Origin: an uncultured Candidatus Binatia bacterium
GTDB taxonomy: Bacteria; Desulfobacterota; Binatia; Bin18
Length of the DNA stretch: 64,000 bases
Assembly (NCBI GenBank): GCA_965214605.1
Contig: OZ243961.1
Location: forward strand, 64,001-128,000
Direction: 5' to 3'
Positions 9,467 to 19,167 of this stretch are shown in pieces. The translations under genes and the position numbers were made by a program. Within the stretch, counting starts at the first letter, position 1. Every line of letters begins with the position of its first letter. The notes below the pieces were generated by a model, which saw only the letters and a program-made list of their open reading frames with translations, made no database searches and was not told where the DNA came from.

Positions 9467-10525
9467 ATGAGTCGTGGCAACACATATGCGACCCCGGAAG
9501 AATTGGCTCCGGTGCTAACCGATTTTCTGCTCCGGGCCTTTCCGGAGCAACAGCAACAGATGGTCAAAAAACTTGAGGTCAAAGACCTGCGGCTGCTCAC
9601 CGGCGGCGCGTCACGCCAAAGCTGGGCGTTTGATGCCAAATTGGAGACCACGGCTGGGCAGACCAAGAGCTTTCCCCTGATTCTTCGTGGTGACGCCCAA
9701 GAGGGGCCGCAGGGGTTTATGGAGCGCAGTCTGGAATATCGGGTGATTGCGGCGGCCTCCGCTGAGGGGGTCTTAGCCCCCAAGCCCTATTTTGTAGGCG
9801 ACGGCAGTCTGGGGATGCCCTTTTTCATTATGGAGCGAGTCGCCGGCGAAACCCTACCGCGCCGCCTGTTCCGCGACGCCCAGTACGCCCGCGCGCGAGA
9901 GGTCATGGCGGCCGAGCTGGGCGCCACGCTGGCCCGGATTCATCGGATATCGGCTGAGAAGCATCAGTTGGGCGACTTGCCGGCTCCGCAAGGGACACAC
10001 ACCGCGGCTGAGGAAGAGATCGCCCGCTACATGGAGAAGTACCAGCGTATGGCCCGCGAACCCCACCCGGTTTTTGAGCTGGCTTTTCGCTGGTTGGGTC
10101 AACACCTCCCCCAGGAGCGTGAACGGGTCTTGGTGCACGGCGACTACCGGATGGGCAATATCATGTTTGGCCCGGAAGGCGTCCGTTCAATTCTAGACTG
10201 GGAGCTGGCCCATATCGGTGACCCAATGGAGGATCTGGGCTGGATTTGTGTACGGTCGTGGCGCTTTGGTAACGATCATCTCCCGGTCGCTGGGGTGGGG
10301 ACACGGCGCGTATTCCAGCGGGCCTATGAAGAGGCTGGCGGCTGGCCGCTTGACCTGCAGCGTCTCAAGTTCTGGGAAATCTTTGGCAATCTGCGTTGGG
10401 GCGTTATTTGTCTGAACATGACCCAGCCGTATCTGGATGGCCTGAATCCCAGCGTTGAACTGGCCGCCATTGGGCGGCGGACAGCCGAGACCGAGTGGGA
10501 ATTGCTCCACTTAATGGAGGACTAA
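9467..10525 (+). CDS. APH-family phosphotransferase (LvaA / ACAD10-11 kinase-like)
   Basis: TGGASRQ, HGDYRMGN, LDWELAHIGDPMEDLGW, SWRFG; alternative GTG start at 9410. Confidence 0.9.
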   Translation: MSRGNTYATPEELAPVLTDFLLRAFPEQQQQMVKKLEVKDLRLLTGGASRQSWAFDAKLETTAGQTKSFPLILRGDAQEGPQGFMERSLEYRVIAAASAEGVLAPKPYFVGDGSLGMPFFIMERVAGETLPRRLFRDAQYARAREVMAAELGATLARIHRISAEKHQLGDLPAPQGTHTAAEEEIARYMEKYQRMAREPHPVFELAFRWLGQHLPQERERVLVHGDYRMGNIMFGPEGVRSILDWELAHIGDPMEDLGWICVRSWRFGNDHLPVAGVGTRRVFQRAYEEAGGWPLDLQRLKFWEIFGNLRWGVICLNMTQPYLDGLNPSVELAAIGRRTAETEWELLHLMED

Positions 10526-10929
10526 TGCAAGATCGTCCAACCATCCTCGAACTGCTGAGCGCGGTCACCCGTTTGCTCGACCAAGAAATGGTACCGAACC
10601 TGTCGGGATCACGCCAGTTTTACGGTCGGGTAGCGGCCAATGTCCTCCGCATTGTCATGCGGGAGTTGGAACACACAGAAGAGCACACAGCCGCTGAGTG
10701 GCGGCGCTTGGACGGACTGCTGTCAGCAGCCGAACGACCAACTCGCCAGGCTGCGGTGCGAGACAGTATCTGGCAACGGACCGAAGAGCTGTGCGGACGT
10801 ATCCAGAACGGCGAGGCCGACAGCGGACCCTACCGCGAGCAGGTGCTCAGCCATCTGAGACAGACGGTTCATGAAAAGCTCGCCATCAGTAACCCGCAGT
10901 GGATCACGCGGCCGGTTGAGGAGGAGTAA
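10525..10929 (+). CDS. DUF6285 (LvaB-like) small partner protein
   Basis: MQDRPT..ELL.AV...GRVAANVL.IV.RE...KLAISNP; translationally coupled to the kinase (TAATG). Confidence 0.8.
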   Translation: MQDRPTILELLSAVTRLLDQEMVPNLSGSRQFYGRVAANVLRIVMRELEHTEEHTAAEWRRLDGLLSAAERPTRQAAVRDSIWQRTEELCGRIQNGEADSGPYREQVLSHLRQTVHEKLAISNPQWITRPVEEE

Positions 10930-12023
10930 TGACATCCGACACCTACACGATTTGCAGCCTGAATGCCCGGGCGGTTGAGGTCCCGATGCCGCGTCCGCTG
11001 CTGACCGGCGGTGGACAGGTCAGCATTGCTCCGCTCGTCCTGCTCGACCTGGAAACACACCAGGGCATTACCGGCCGGAGCTATATTTTTGGCTATACCC
11101 CACTCACCCTCAAGTCCTTGGTCGTCTTTCTCAGCGAAGTCGAAAAACTGATTGTCGACCAGCCCGTCTCACCCCTGACGCTGGCCGACATGTTCCGGCG
11201 GCGTTTTCAGCTGCTCGGAACCCAGGGCTTGGTTAGTATGGCCACGGCCGGCATTGATATTGCCGCCTGGGACATCCTGGCCAAGGCCGCCGAACTACCG
11301 CTCGCCCGCTTACTCGGGGGGCAGGAGCGGCCGATACCGGCCTACAACAGCTGTGGTCTGGGCATCAGCAACAGCCAACACCTGGCGGCCGAAGCCCAGG
11401 ATTTTGTTAAATCCGGCTTTGGAGCGGTCAAGATTCGCCTGGGCTATCCCGACATCGGGACCGATGTGGCCGCGGTCCGGGCAGTTCGTGAGGCGGTCGG
11501 CGACAGAGTGTGCATCATGTCCGATTACAACCAGGCTTTATCCGTGCCCGAAGCCCAGCAGCGGGTGCACCGGCTGGACGCTGAAGGGCTGTACTGGGTT
11601 GAAGAACCAACCCGGGCCGACGACTATGTCGGCCACGCCCGGATTCGAACCGCGGTTACCACGGCGATTCAGATTGGCGAGAACTGCTGGGGAGTGAACG
11701 ACATGGCCAAGGCATTAGCGGCTGAGGCGTGTGATTTTTTCATGCCCGATGTGGTCAAAATTGGCGGCGTCACCGGTTGGTTGCGAGCGATCGCTCTAGC
11801 TGAGCCGATGGGTATGCCGATATCGAGTCATCTGTATCCTGAGCTGAGCGCCCATCTGCTGGCTGTCACACCGACGAGACACTGGCTTGAATATATGGAC
11901 TGGGCCAACGCTATCCTGGCCCAGCCGCTGATCATCACCGACGGCCAGGCAGTACTGTCTGATGCGCCAGGAAACGGGCTGGTCTGGAATGAGGAGGCCG
12001 TTGAACGGTATGCGAAGCGCTGA
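10929..12023 (+). CDS. Mandelate racemase subgroup enolase-superfamily enzyme
   Basis: Metal ligands in DYNQ, WVEEP and GEN; PDVVKIGG, SSH, HWLE; has KxR in place of KxK. Confidence 0.9.
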   Translation: MTSDTYTICSLNARAVEVPMPRPLLTGGGQVSIAPLVLLDLETHQGITGRSYIFGYTPLTLKSLVVFLSEVEKLIVDQPVSPLTLADMFRRRFQLLGTQGLVSMATAGIDIAAWDILAKAAELPLARLLGGQERPIPAYNSCGLGISNSQHLAAEAQDFVKSGFGAVKIRLGYPDIGTDVAAVRAVREAVGDRVCIMSDYNQALSVPEAQQRVHRLDAEGLYWVEEPTRADDYVGHARIRTAVTTAIQIGENCWGVNDMAKALAAEACDFFMPDVVKIGGVTGWLRAIALAEPMGMPISSHLYPELSAHLLAVTPTRHWLEYMDWANAILAQPLIITDGQAVLSDAPGNGLVWNEEAVERYAKR

Positions 12024-12099
12024 GCGCCCACTGCCGGCGGTGGCACTCTTGGGCCCGGAGCGCTGCTGTAACACGCCGGCCCCCGGTCTGAGGTCTGCC

Positions 12100-15000
12100 C
12101 TAGTCGGGTTGAGGGACGTCGCTCGTCTGGGGGGGAGCCGTCGGGCCGGGCCGGGCGGCGCTTGCCCGGAGCAGCCGGGGGAGGCTGCGGAGGTCCTCCA
12201 GAATCATATACCCAGCCGGGACGATCAGGAGAATAATAGCGGTCGCAAACAAGATGCCAAAGCCGATTGAGATGGCCATGGGGATCAGAAAGCGGGCCTG
12301 CATAGAGGTCTCAAAAATCATCGGCATCAGACCGAAAAAGGTGGTCAGCGAAGTCAGCAGAATAGGCCGGAAGCGTCGCATCCCGGCCCGGCAGATGGCC
12401 TCTAGGGGGGTGGGCGTGGTCTCGCGCAGTTGGTTGGCGGTGACGACCAGAACGAGTGCGTCGTTAATCACCACCCCGGCTAGGGCGATGATGCCGAACA
12501 GGCTAATCATGCTGAGCGTATAGCCCAACAGAATATGGCCGATGACCGCGCCGATAATGCCGAAGGGAATGCTCAGCATGACAATGATGGGCTGGATATA
12601 GCTCTTGAACGGGATAGCCAGCAGGGCATAGATGGCCAGGAGAGCGAAAACAAAACCCAAGCCGATCGCCGCTATTGACTCTTTTTGCCATTCCTGCTCG
12701 CCCTCCAGGGTATAATTGAGGCCGGGATATTTCTCCATCAGGAAGGGGATCTCGTTCTGTTCCAAGGAGGTCACAATCATGTTGGCATTCGCAACGCTCT
12801 CATCAACATCGGCCGTCACCGCCATGATACGCCGGCCTTCGCGGCGACGGATCTCGGTATAGGCCCGGCCATAGTCGACCGTGGCAGCCTGAATGAGGGG
12901 AATCTCCCCGCCCTGGGGAGTCCGAATGACCAGCTGCTCAATGGTATGGGCGGTCCGCCGCTCGTGTTCGGGCAGGCGGACCATAACCTTGATCTCGTTG
13001 CGGCCGCGCTGCTGACGGAGAGCTTCGGCCCCATAGAACGAGCCGCGCAGTTGGCGGGCGAGGTCGGTTGCATTGATCCCCAGGCTGCGGGCTTCGGGTT
13101 TGACGGTAAGGCTGAGTTGGGGTTTGCCGTGTGAGACGCCGTCGTCAATATCGGCGACACCGGCATAGCCGGCCAGCAGGCCGGCCAGGTCTGCGGCGGC
13201 GGCTTCAAGCACCTGGCGCGAGCGATGAGTGAGCTGGATGTCCAGGGCAGCCTCACTGCTGAAGCCGGATTCGGCATGAAAGCTTAGCGATTCCAGGCCG
13301 GCAATATGGCTGGCTGCCTGGCGCCAGGTGTTGGCGAATTCAACGCCGCTGACATCGCGTTGATCGGACGGAACCAGAGCAAGCTGTACCCCGGCCAGAT
13401 GGCCGCCGCTCAGCTTTGGCGGTCCATCGTTGGGGCCGCCGGGGTTGAGCACCGCCCCGATCTGTGTATACGTCCCGCGAACGATAGCCGGCCCGCCATG
13501 GGTAGCGACGGCCACCTGCATGGCTTCGAGCAGCTGCTGTCGCACCCGTCGTGAGGTGTCCAACGGAGCACCGAACGGCAGGGTGGCCTGGGCGGTAATG
13601 AGGTCGGAGTCGATGCGGGGCATGAAACTGAACTGGAGATGACCGCCCCCGATTGCGCCAAGGGCGAGCAGCAGGGCGGCAATACCGGTCATCAGGGTGG
13701 TGTAGCGGTGGACGATGGCCGTCTGCAGCAGCGGATGGTAGACTCGTCTAATGAACGCCTCGAGCAGACGCCCGAAGACCAGCCGGGGACGGTTGAGGGT
13801 CTGCCACAGGCGGCTGGGTGTATTTTGACGTGACAGGTGGGCCGGAAGGATGAACAGCGACTCAATCAGCGAGACGCTAAATACGGCGATCGTCACCGCC
13901 GGGATATTCAGAAAGAACTTGCCGGCCGCACCAGGGACAAACACCAGCGGCAGAAAGGCAACGATATTGGTCAGCACGGCAAAAATAATCGGCCCAGCAA
14001 TTTCTTGCGCGCCCTCAATGGCCGCCACGAGGAACGGCCGGCCGCGCTGGCGTTTTTCATAGATGTTCTCCCCCATGACGACCGCGTCATCAACGATGAT
14101 GCCCAGGGTAATAATAAACGCGAAGAGCGAAATCATGTTGATCGACGCTCCGCTCAGGGGCATGAAGAGAAAAGCGCCCATGATTGAGATGGGGATGCCC
14201 AGGGTGACCCAGAAGGCGAGCTTGGGGTCGAGGAACAGCCCTAGCAGGAGCAGAACCAGGATCAGACCGAGGAAGGCGTTTTTCAGCAGCAGGCGCATCC
14301 GGTCGCGGTAGATCTCAGACCAATCGTTCCAGACCGTCAGGCCGACCCCTTCAGGCAGCCGGGGTCGGATCTCGTCAATATAGGCGTGGACACTGGCGGA
14401 AACCGACTGCGGGGTTTCCTTGGCGACCCGATACACCTGAACCTGGACGGCGCGCTGGTTGTTGAAAAACGCCTCAAAGTCCCAATCTTCAAAGCCGTCG
14501 GTGATCAGCGCAATATCGCCGACCGTAATGCGGGAGCCGTCCGGGGCTGAGGCAACGGCAATATCGGCGTATTGGCTGGCATAGTCGCGGCGTTCCTGGG
14601 TACGCAGCAGGATTTCTCCGCCGGCAGCCTTCAGCCCGCCGGCCGGTAGTTCGACCGCGGCTTCGCGTATCTCACGCGCAATCTTGCCCAGAGTGAGATT
14701 ATGGGCGCGCAGATTGCGCTGGGGCACCTCGACGGCAATCTCAAGCGGGCGCACGGCCCCGAGCTCGACCAGAGTGATGTCCGGGCGCTGAAGTAAGTCG
14801 TCGCGGATCTGTTCAGCGAGGTCGCGCAGCGTTTGTTCGTCGTGGTCGCCATAGATCATGAGCGTCAGCACTTGATTGCGGAGTTCGACCAGACTGACGA
14901 TCGGCTTTTCGGCTTCTTCGGGGAAGGAGAGGATACTGTCCACCGCATTTTTAACATCCTGGAGGGCCCGGTCTGGGGCTGCGCCGGTGAGCAGTTCGAT

Positions 15001-15318
15001 CACCACCGAGCCGTGGTTCTCGCGGGCCATGGCGGTAACCTTTTTGACCCCCTCAATGCCGCGGACCCGGTCCTCAATCGACAGGATGATCCCCTGCTCA
15101 ACCTCAGCCGGGCTGGCTCCGGGATAGGGGACGCTGGCCACGATGACATCTATGGCGAACTCGGGAAACACCTCTTGTTTCACCTGGGTACTGGCGATGA
15201 AGCCACCGCAGACAATGACCAACATAATCAGATTGGCGGCAACGTGGTTGCGGGCCATCCAGGCGATCGGGCCGCTGTGCAAGGTTGTTGAATCGGCTTC
15301 AGAATTGGTGCGTTCCAT
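12100..15318 (-). CDS. RND efflux transporter permease (AcrB family)
   Basis: About 1070 aa; GIIVDDAVVMGEN and RFRPILLTSLTT; two TM bundles. Confidence 0.96.
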   Translation of the reverse strand: MERTNSEADSTTLHSGPIAWMARNHVAANLIMLVIVCGGFIASTQVKQEVFPEFAIDVIVASVPYPGASPAEVEQGIILSIEDRVRGIEGVKKVTAMARENHGSVVIELLTGAAPDRALQDVKNAVDSILSFPEEAEKPIVSLVELRNQVLTLMIYGDHDEQTLRDLAEQIRDDLLQRPDITLVELGAVRPLEIAVEVPQRNLRAHNLTLGKIAREIREAAVELPAGGLKAAGGEILLRTQERRDYASQYADIAVASAPDGSRITVGDIALITDGFEDWDFEAFFNNQRAVQVQVYRVAKETPQSVSASVHAYIDEIRPRLPEGVGLTVWNDWSEIYRDRMRLLLKNAFLGLILVLLLLGLFLDPKLAFWVTLGIPISIMGAFLFMPLSGASINMISLFAFIITLGIIVDDAVVMGENIYEKRQRGRPFLVAAIEGAQEIAGPIIFAVLTNIVAFLPLVFVPGAAGKFFLNIPAVTIAVFSVSLIESLFILPAHLSRQNTPSRLWQTLNRPRLVFGRLLEAFIRRVYHPLLQTAIVHRYTTLMTGIAALLLALGAIGGGHLQFSFMPRIDSDLITAQATLPFGAPLDTSRRVRQQLLEAMQVAVATHGGPAIVRGTYTQIGAVLNPGGPNDGPPKLSGGHLAGVQLALVPSDQRDVSGVEFANTWRQAASHIAGLESLSFHAESGFSSEAALDIQLTHRSRQVLEAAAADLAGLLAGYAGVADIDDGVSHGKPQLSLTVKPEARSLGINATDLARQLRGSFYGAEALRQQRGRNEIKVMVRLPEHERRTAHTIEQLVIRTPQGGEIPLIQAATVDYGRAYTEIRRREGRRIMAVTADVDESVANANMIVTSLEQNEIPFLMEKYPGLNYTLEGEQEWQKESIAAIGLGFVFALLAIYALLAIPFKSYIQPIIVMLSIPFGIIGAVIGHILLGYTLSMISLFGIIALAGVVINDALVLVVTANQLRETTPTPLEAICRAGMRRFRPILLTSLTTFFGLMPMIFETSMQARFLIPMAISIGFGILFATAIILLIVPAGYMILEDLRSLPRLLRASAARPGPTAPPQTSDVPQPD

Positions 15319-15322
15319 GTGC

Positions 15323-16555
15323 TTAGACCAGGTCTTCGTCAAGAGTCCGGGGGAGGGTCTCGGTCGGCGAGGAGGGTTCGGGTGCGCTCTGGAGAACCAT
15401 ACCGGGGAGGGCGGCGGGAAGGGGACTGGTAATCACCTCGTCGCCATCCTGCAGACCGTGCCGAATGAGCAATGAGTCGTGTCTGCCTAGGATGACTTCG
15501 ACCTGTCGGATTTCCAGTTGATTGCTGGCGTTTTTGACCCACACCCGGCCGCCTTCTCGGAGTGTGCCACGGGGGAGGACGAACACGTCGGTCAGCTGAG
15601 GCCCGTCAATTTCGACCCGCACATACTCTCCGAGCAACAGCGGCAGTCGCCGGTCTTGGGAGTGCTGACGGTTCAGAGGGTCATTGACCAGGACGAGGAG
15701 ACGGGCCATGCGGCCGTTTTGTGAGACGTCGCCAAGCAGGCCGGCGATCTCCCCCTGGCGCAGGGCGGTCTTGCCATTTCCCAGGTCTCGAATGACCTGC
15801 GCCTGTGAGCCGGTGGGCTGCGTCGGCCCGGGAATATCGATCCAGGTCAGGTCGTGTATGGGGAGGCTGACCTCGACCCGAAAGGCGTCGGTACACACCA
15901 GGCGGGCCACGGGGGTTTGGGACATGACGAGTTGGCCGACCTCGACCGATTCCTCCAGCACAAGGGCGTTACACGGGGCGGTCAAGGTCGTCCGCTGGAG
16001 GTCGAGCCGGGCCTTGGCCAGACGGCTTTTGGCGGCGGCTACCGCGGCCTGTTTTTCGCGCAGATGGGGTCTGCGTAGGGCTAGCTGTTTGCCCATTTCG
16101 CTGGCCTCGATCGACGGCTCGAGCAACTCCCACTCACGCTGGGCAATGACCTGCTTGCCGAGTTCAAGCTCTAACTCAAACTCAGCTTTGGCCAGAGCAC
16201 CCTGCTGGGTCTCAACCGCGTAGGTGTAGTCGCGGGAGTCAATCCGTAGCAGTACGTCGTCAGTCTGCAACAGGCCGCCTTTGGTCAGGTTGGCATGCTG
16301 CTGGGTTACAGAGCCGCCGACCTGGGGATGAACGCTTAATTCCTGATGGGCCCGAACTGTGCCAAAGGCTGAAATCACGGCGCGTATGTCTTCGGAGTGG
16401 ACGGTGAGGACTTCAACAACGGTCGCGGTTGCTGGTGGAGCCGCTTTTTGGACTGCAGGCCGGCTGGCAATCAGCGCCCGAGCGCCCATCACTCCACTGC
16501 CTAGAATGAGGACAGGGAGCAGAGTTTGGAGGAGTCGTTTGGCCCAGTATATCAT
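15323..16555 (-). CDS. RND efflux periplasmic adaptor (MFP)
   Basis: N-terminal TM segment, FGTVRA, lipoyl-like LRIDSRDY, alpha-hairpin, GLQDGDEVI. Confidence 0.93.
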   Translation of the reverse strand: MIYWAKRLLQTLLPVLILGSGVMGARALIASRPAVQKAAPPATATVVEVLTVHSEDIRAVISAFGTVRAHQELSVHPQVGGSVTQQHANLTKGGLLQTDDVLLRIDSRDYTYAVETQQGALAKAEFELELELGKQVIAQREWELLEPSIEASEMGKQLALRRPHLREKQAAVAAAKSRLAKARLDLQRTTLTAPCNALVLEESVEVGQLVMSQTPVARLVCTDAFRVEVSLPIHDLTWIDIPGPTQPTGSQAQVIRDLGNGKTALRQGEIAGLLGDVSQNGRMARLLVLVNDPLNRQHSQDRRLPLLLGEYVRVEIDGPQLTDVFVLPRGTLREGGRVWVKNASNQLEIRQVEVILGRHDSLLIRHGLQDGDEVITSPLPAALPGMVLQSAPEPSSPTETLPRTLDEDLV

Positions 16556-18033
16556 CAGTGCGTCCTAGCGGCCGTGATTTGCGCGGACCAGAGGGTGGGA
16601 GGGGCGGTCAGGTGGCCCGTCCAGTGCCCGCCTAGGGCCCGATAGAGGCCGGCGCGATTGCTCAGCAGGCGGCGTTTTTCGTTGATCAGCCGGCGTTGCA
16701 GACCTTGTAAGGATTGGACGGCGATCAGGACGGTCACATAGTTGACCAGACCGTGCATATAGCGTGACTGGGACTCTTGTAGCGTTGCTTCGGCCAGCGA
16801 ACTCTGATTCTCCAGGTTGGCGATCAACTCGACCTGAAAACGTTCCCGCGCCAGGGCGTCTTCAATTTCGAGCAGAGCTTGCAGATACCGCTGGCCAAAG
16901 CGGTCGAGCAGCTCTTGGACGACCGCCTTGTGGCGCAAGACCTGGTTGCGACGCTGACCACCGTCAATAACCGGCGCAACCAGGTTGCCGACTAGGGATC
17001 CGACTTCTTGGCGGAAGACGCTTGAGAAGCTGCGGGCGCTGAACTCGTAGGAGAGGTCAAGGACCAAGCGCGGCAGCCGTTCGGCCACCGCGGTAGCAAC
17101 CCGAAAGTCCGCGGCCTGCAGGCGGAGCTGAGCGGAGCGCAGGTCCGGCCGAGCCATCAGCAGCTCGGCCGGATCGCCCAACTCGGGAAACGGGGGCAGG
17201 TCGGGCAGGTCCCCATCCGGAATGCTGGGGTCAAGCGTTCCCGGGGAGGTGCCGAGCAGCACGGCTAATTGATTGTAGGCAGTACTGAGAGTTGAGCGGA
17301 CCAGAGGAATTTCGGCCTGGGTGGCGGCCAACTGCTGGCGCTGCTGCAACACATCAACCGCGGAGCCGGCACCAACCCCAAAACGCACTTCGGTCAGATC
17401 GAGCAGGGACTGGCTGACCTGAATTTGCTCTTCCAGTAAGGCCAGCAGTGCCTTCTGTTCCTGAAGAATGAACCAGACGTCTACCACAGAACCGGTCAAA
17501 AGGATCGCGCTGGCTTCAACGTCTTGACGGCTGGCCTGATACTCCAGCGCGGCCGCGCGACGGCGGGCGGCAATCCGTTTCCAGACGTCAATTTCGTACG
17601 ACAGACCGGTGGACACAAAATAGCGGTCGGTATGGGTAATCCGGGTGGACGGTCCAGCCTGTCCGCCGAATGGGACTTGGGGGTCGCGGTCAACTTGGTG
17701 GGTTCGGGCCGCGCCGCCGCTCAGATTGACCCGCGGGAATATCTCGGCGCCCTCGATCCGAGCCTGGGCGTAGGCCTGAGTGAGGCGGTTCCACAGTTGT
17801 CGGAGCTCCAGGCTGTTTCCCAGGGACTGTTCGACCGTCGCGTTGAGCGCCGGGCTGTTAAATTCCTCCCACCATTCGCCGATCACCCGGGTGCCGTCCA
17901 TGGCGTGATGATAGGTTTTCAGCATCGGGACTTCGGGCCGGTTCAGAGTTCGCACCTGATATGGGCTACAGCTGTTAGTCACAAAGGCTAGGAGGATTGA
18001 GCAGACCAAAGCTTGTAGAGATGTTGTCCACAT
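16555..18033 (-). CDS. Outer-membrane efflux factor (TolC/NodT-type lipoprotein)
   Basis: Lipobox-like TNSC, WWEEF, YEIDVW, RPDLRSA, LYRALGGHW. Confidence 0.93.
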   Translation of the reverse strand: MWTTSLQALVCSILLAFVTNSCSPYQVRTLNRPEVPMLKTYHHAMDGTRVIGEWWEEFNSPALNATVEQSLGNSLELRQLWNRLTQAYAQARIEGAEIFPRVNLSGGAARTHQVDRDPQVPFGGQAGPSTRITHTDRYFVSTGLSYEIDVWKRIAARRRAAALEYQASRQDVEASAILLTGSVVDVWFILQEQKALLALLEEQIQVSQSLLDLTEVRFGVGAGSAVDVLQQRQQLAATQAEIPLVRSTLSTAYNQLAVLLGTSPGTLDPSIPDGDLPDLPPFPELGDPAELLMARPDLRSAQLRLQAADFRVATAVAERLPRLVLDLSYEFSARSFSSVFRQEVGSLVGNLVAPVIDGGQRRNQVLRHKAVVQELLDRFGQRYLQALLEIEDALARERFQVELIANLENQSSLAEATLQESQSRYMHGLVNYVTVLIAVQSLQGLQRRLINEKRRLLSNRAGLYRALGGHWTGHLTAPPTLWSAQITAARTH

Positions 18034-18057
18034 GGTCGATGATACACGTCAGGCTAG

Positions 18058-18753
18058 CTATTCCATCCCGTTTCTATTTTTCCCGATCTGCTCTGCCTGA
18101 GCTCTAATGCCGGCCAGCGAAAAGTCGGCAATATGCTTGGCCAGGTCAGAGATGATAAGCGGATCGTGCTGGAGAAATCTCTGAATGAGTTCAAGCTGTT
18201 GATGGGGAGCGTGGTGTTGAAAACGTTCGATGATCGGCCGCGAATAGCGGTAGATCAGGCATTGGCCGAACACACTGTTGCAGCACAGCTGGACGAGCGG
18301 ATGAGCTTGGCTGACGTTTAGAACAGCCGCAATCAGAGCTTCGCCAGCCGCATAGATGGGCTGCATGGAGCGCTCAAAAAACTCGTCGAAGGCTGGCGTC
18401 GGGTTCTGCAACTCTTTGACAATCAACGCGTAGACGGCATGTCCTCTAGCACCGAGCATGCGCTCGGCATTCCAAGTGATCCAGGTCCGCAGCTGTTCTT
18501 GTGGATGGCTCGGATCATCTGCAAGTTCAGGCATGGGACGTGGCGGCTTGGCGTTTTCAAAGGCGTGCGACAACACTGCCTTGTAGAGTTCCATCTTGCC
18601 GCCAAAATGATAGTTCACGGCCGCTAAGTTGGCTCCCGCGGTCGTGCAGATTTCGCGTATACTGGCCGCGTGAAAGCCTTTGTTGACAAAAATCTCGGTG
18701 GCGACCGCTAACAATTTCTGGCGAGTCGTCTTGCTTTTTTCTGTTAAAACCAT
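18058..18753 (-). CDS. TetR family regulator (CecR/CerR-like C-terminal domain)
   Basis: HTH GFHAASIREIC...AAVNYHFGGKMELY; C-terminal SVFGQC...HIADFSLAGI. Confidence 0.92.
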   Translation of the reverse strand: MVLTEKSKTTRQKLLAVATEIFVNKGFHAASIREICTTAGANLAAVNYHFGGKMELYKAVLSHAFENAKPPRPMPELADDPSHPQEQLRTWITWNAERMLGARGHAVYALIVKELQNPTPAFDEFFERSMQPIYAAGEALIAAVLNVSQAHPLVQLCCNSVFGQCLIYRYSRPIIERFQHHAPHQQLELIQRFLQHDPLIISDLAKHIADFSLAGIRAQAEQIGKNRNGME

Positions 18754-18786
18754 TTCAAACGATCGTTTCAAACGATCGTATCATAC
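18753..18786 (-). promoter_or_regulatory. Tandem palindromic TetR operator and likely -10 box
   Basis: tttcAAACGATCGTTTcaaACGATCGTatcata: perfect 12-bp palindrome plus a second ACGATCGT core 13 bp away; TATGAT on the minus strand. Confidence 0.7.
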
Positions 18787-18922
18787 TGTTGTTGACAAAC
18801 AAGACCATTTCCTGTCCTCAGCACACAAAATCGCAGACACGGGCCGGCGCTGTCGGTCTTGATAGGCGCGGTCGTCTTTTGATGGTATGAGCACGTGGTA
18901 ATATACCATAGGAGGTCCGACG

Positions 18923-19141
18923 ATGGGGGGAAGTGAATCGTACGGGGGATTTATTATTGAGCCACGCTCAAAACAGCTCGAGTCGGGGGATTGGCAGCCT
19001 GGATCACGCGTGTTCCGTTTGCTGGACGGCGTGGTCCATGAATATTTCCCGCTCAGCGAGTGCGGCCGCTGCTTCCCGAGTGAGGAAGCGGCCGATGATT
19101 TTGCTCTGGTGGAGAGCAGGGATTGGGTCGATCGTCATTAG
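18923..19141 (+). CDS. Small hypothetical protein (72 aa)
   Basis: Strong AGGAGGT RBS; protein-like composition (FPSEEAADDFAL...WVD). Confidence 0.7.
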   Translation: MGGSESYGGFIIEPRSKQLESGDWQPGSRVFRLLDGVVHEYFPLSECGRCFPSEEAADDFALVESRDWVDRH

Positions 19142-19167
19142 TGCTACACGATCAAGCGAGGTTTCCC

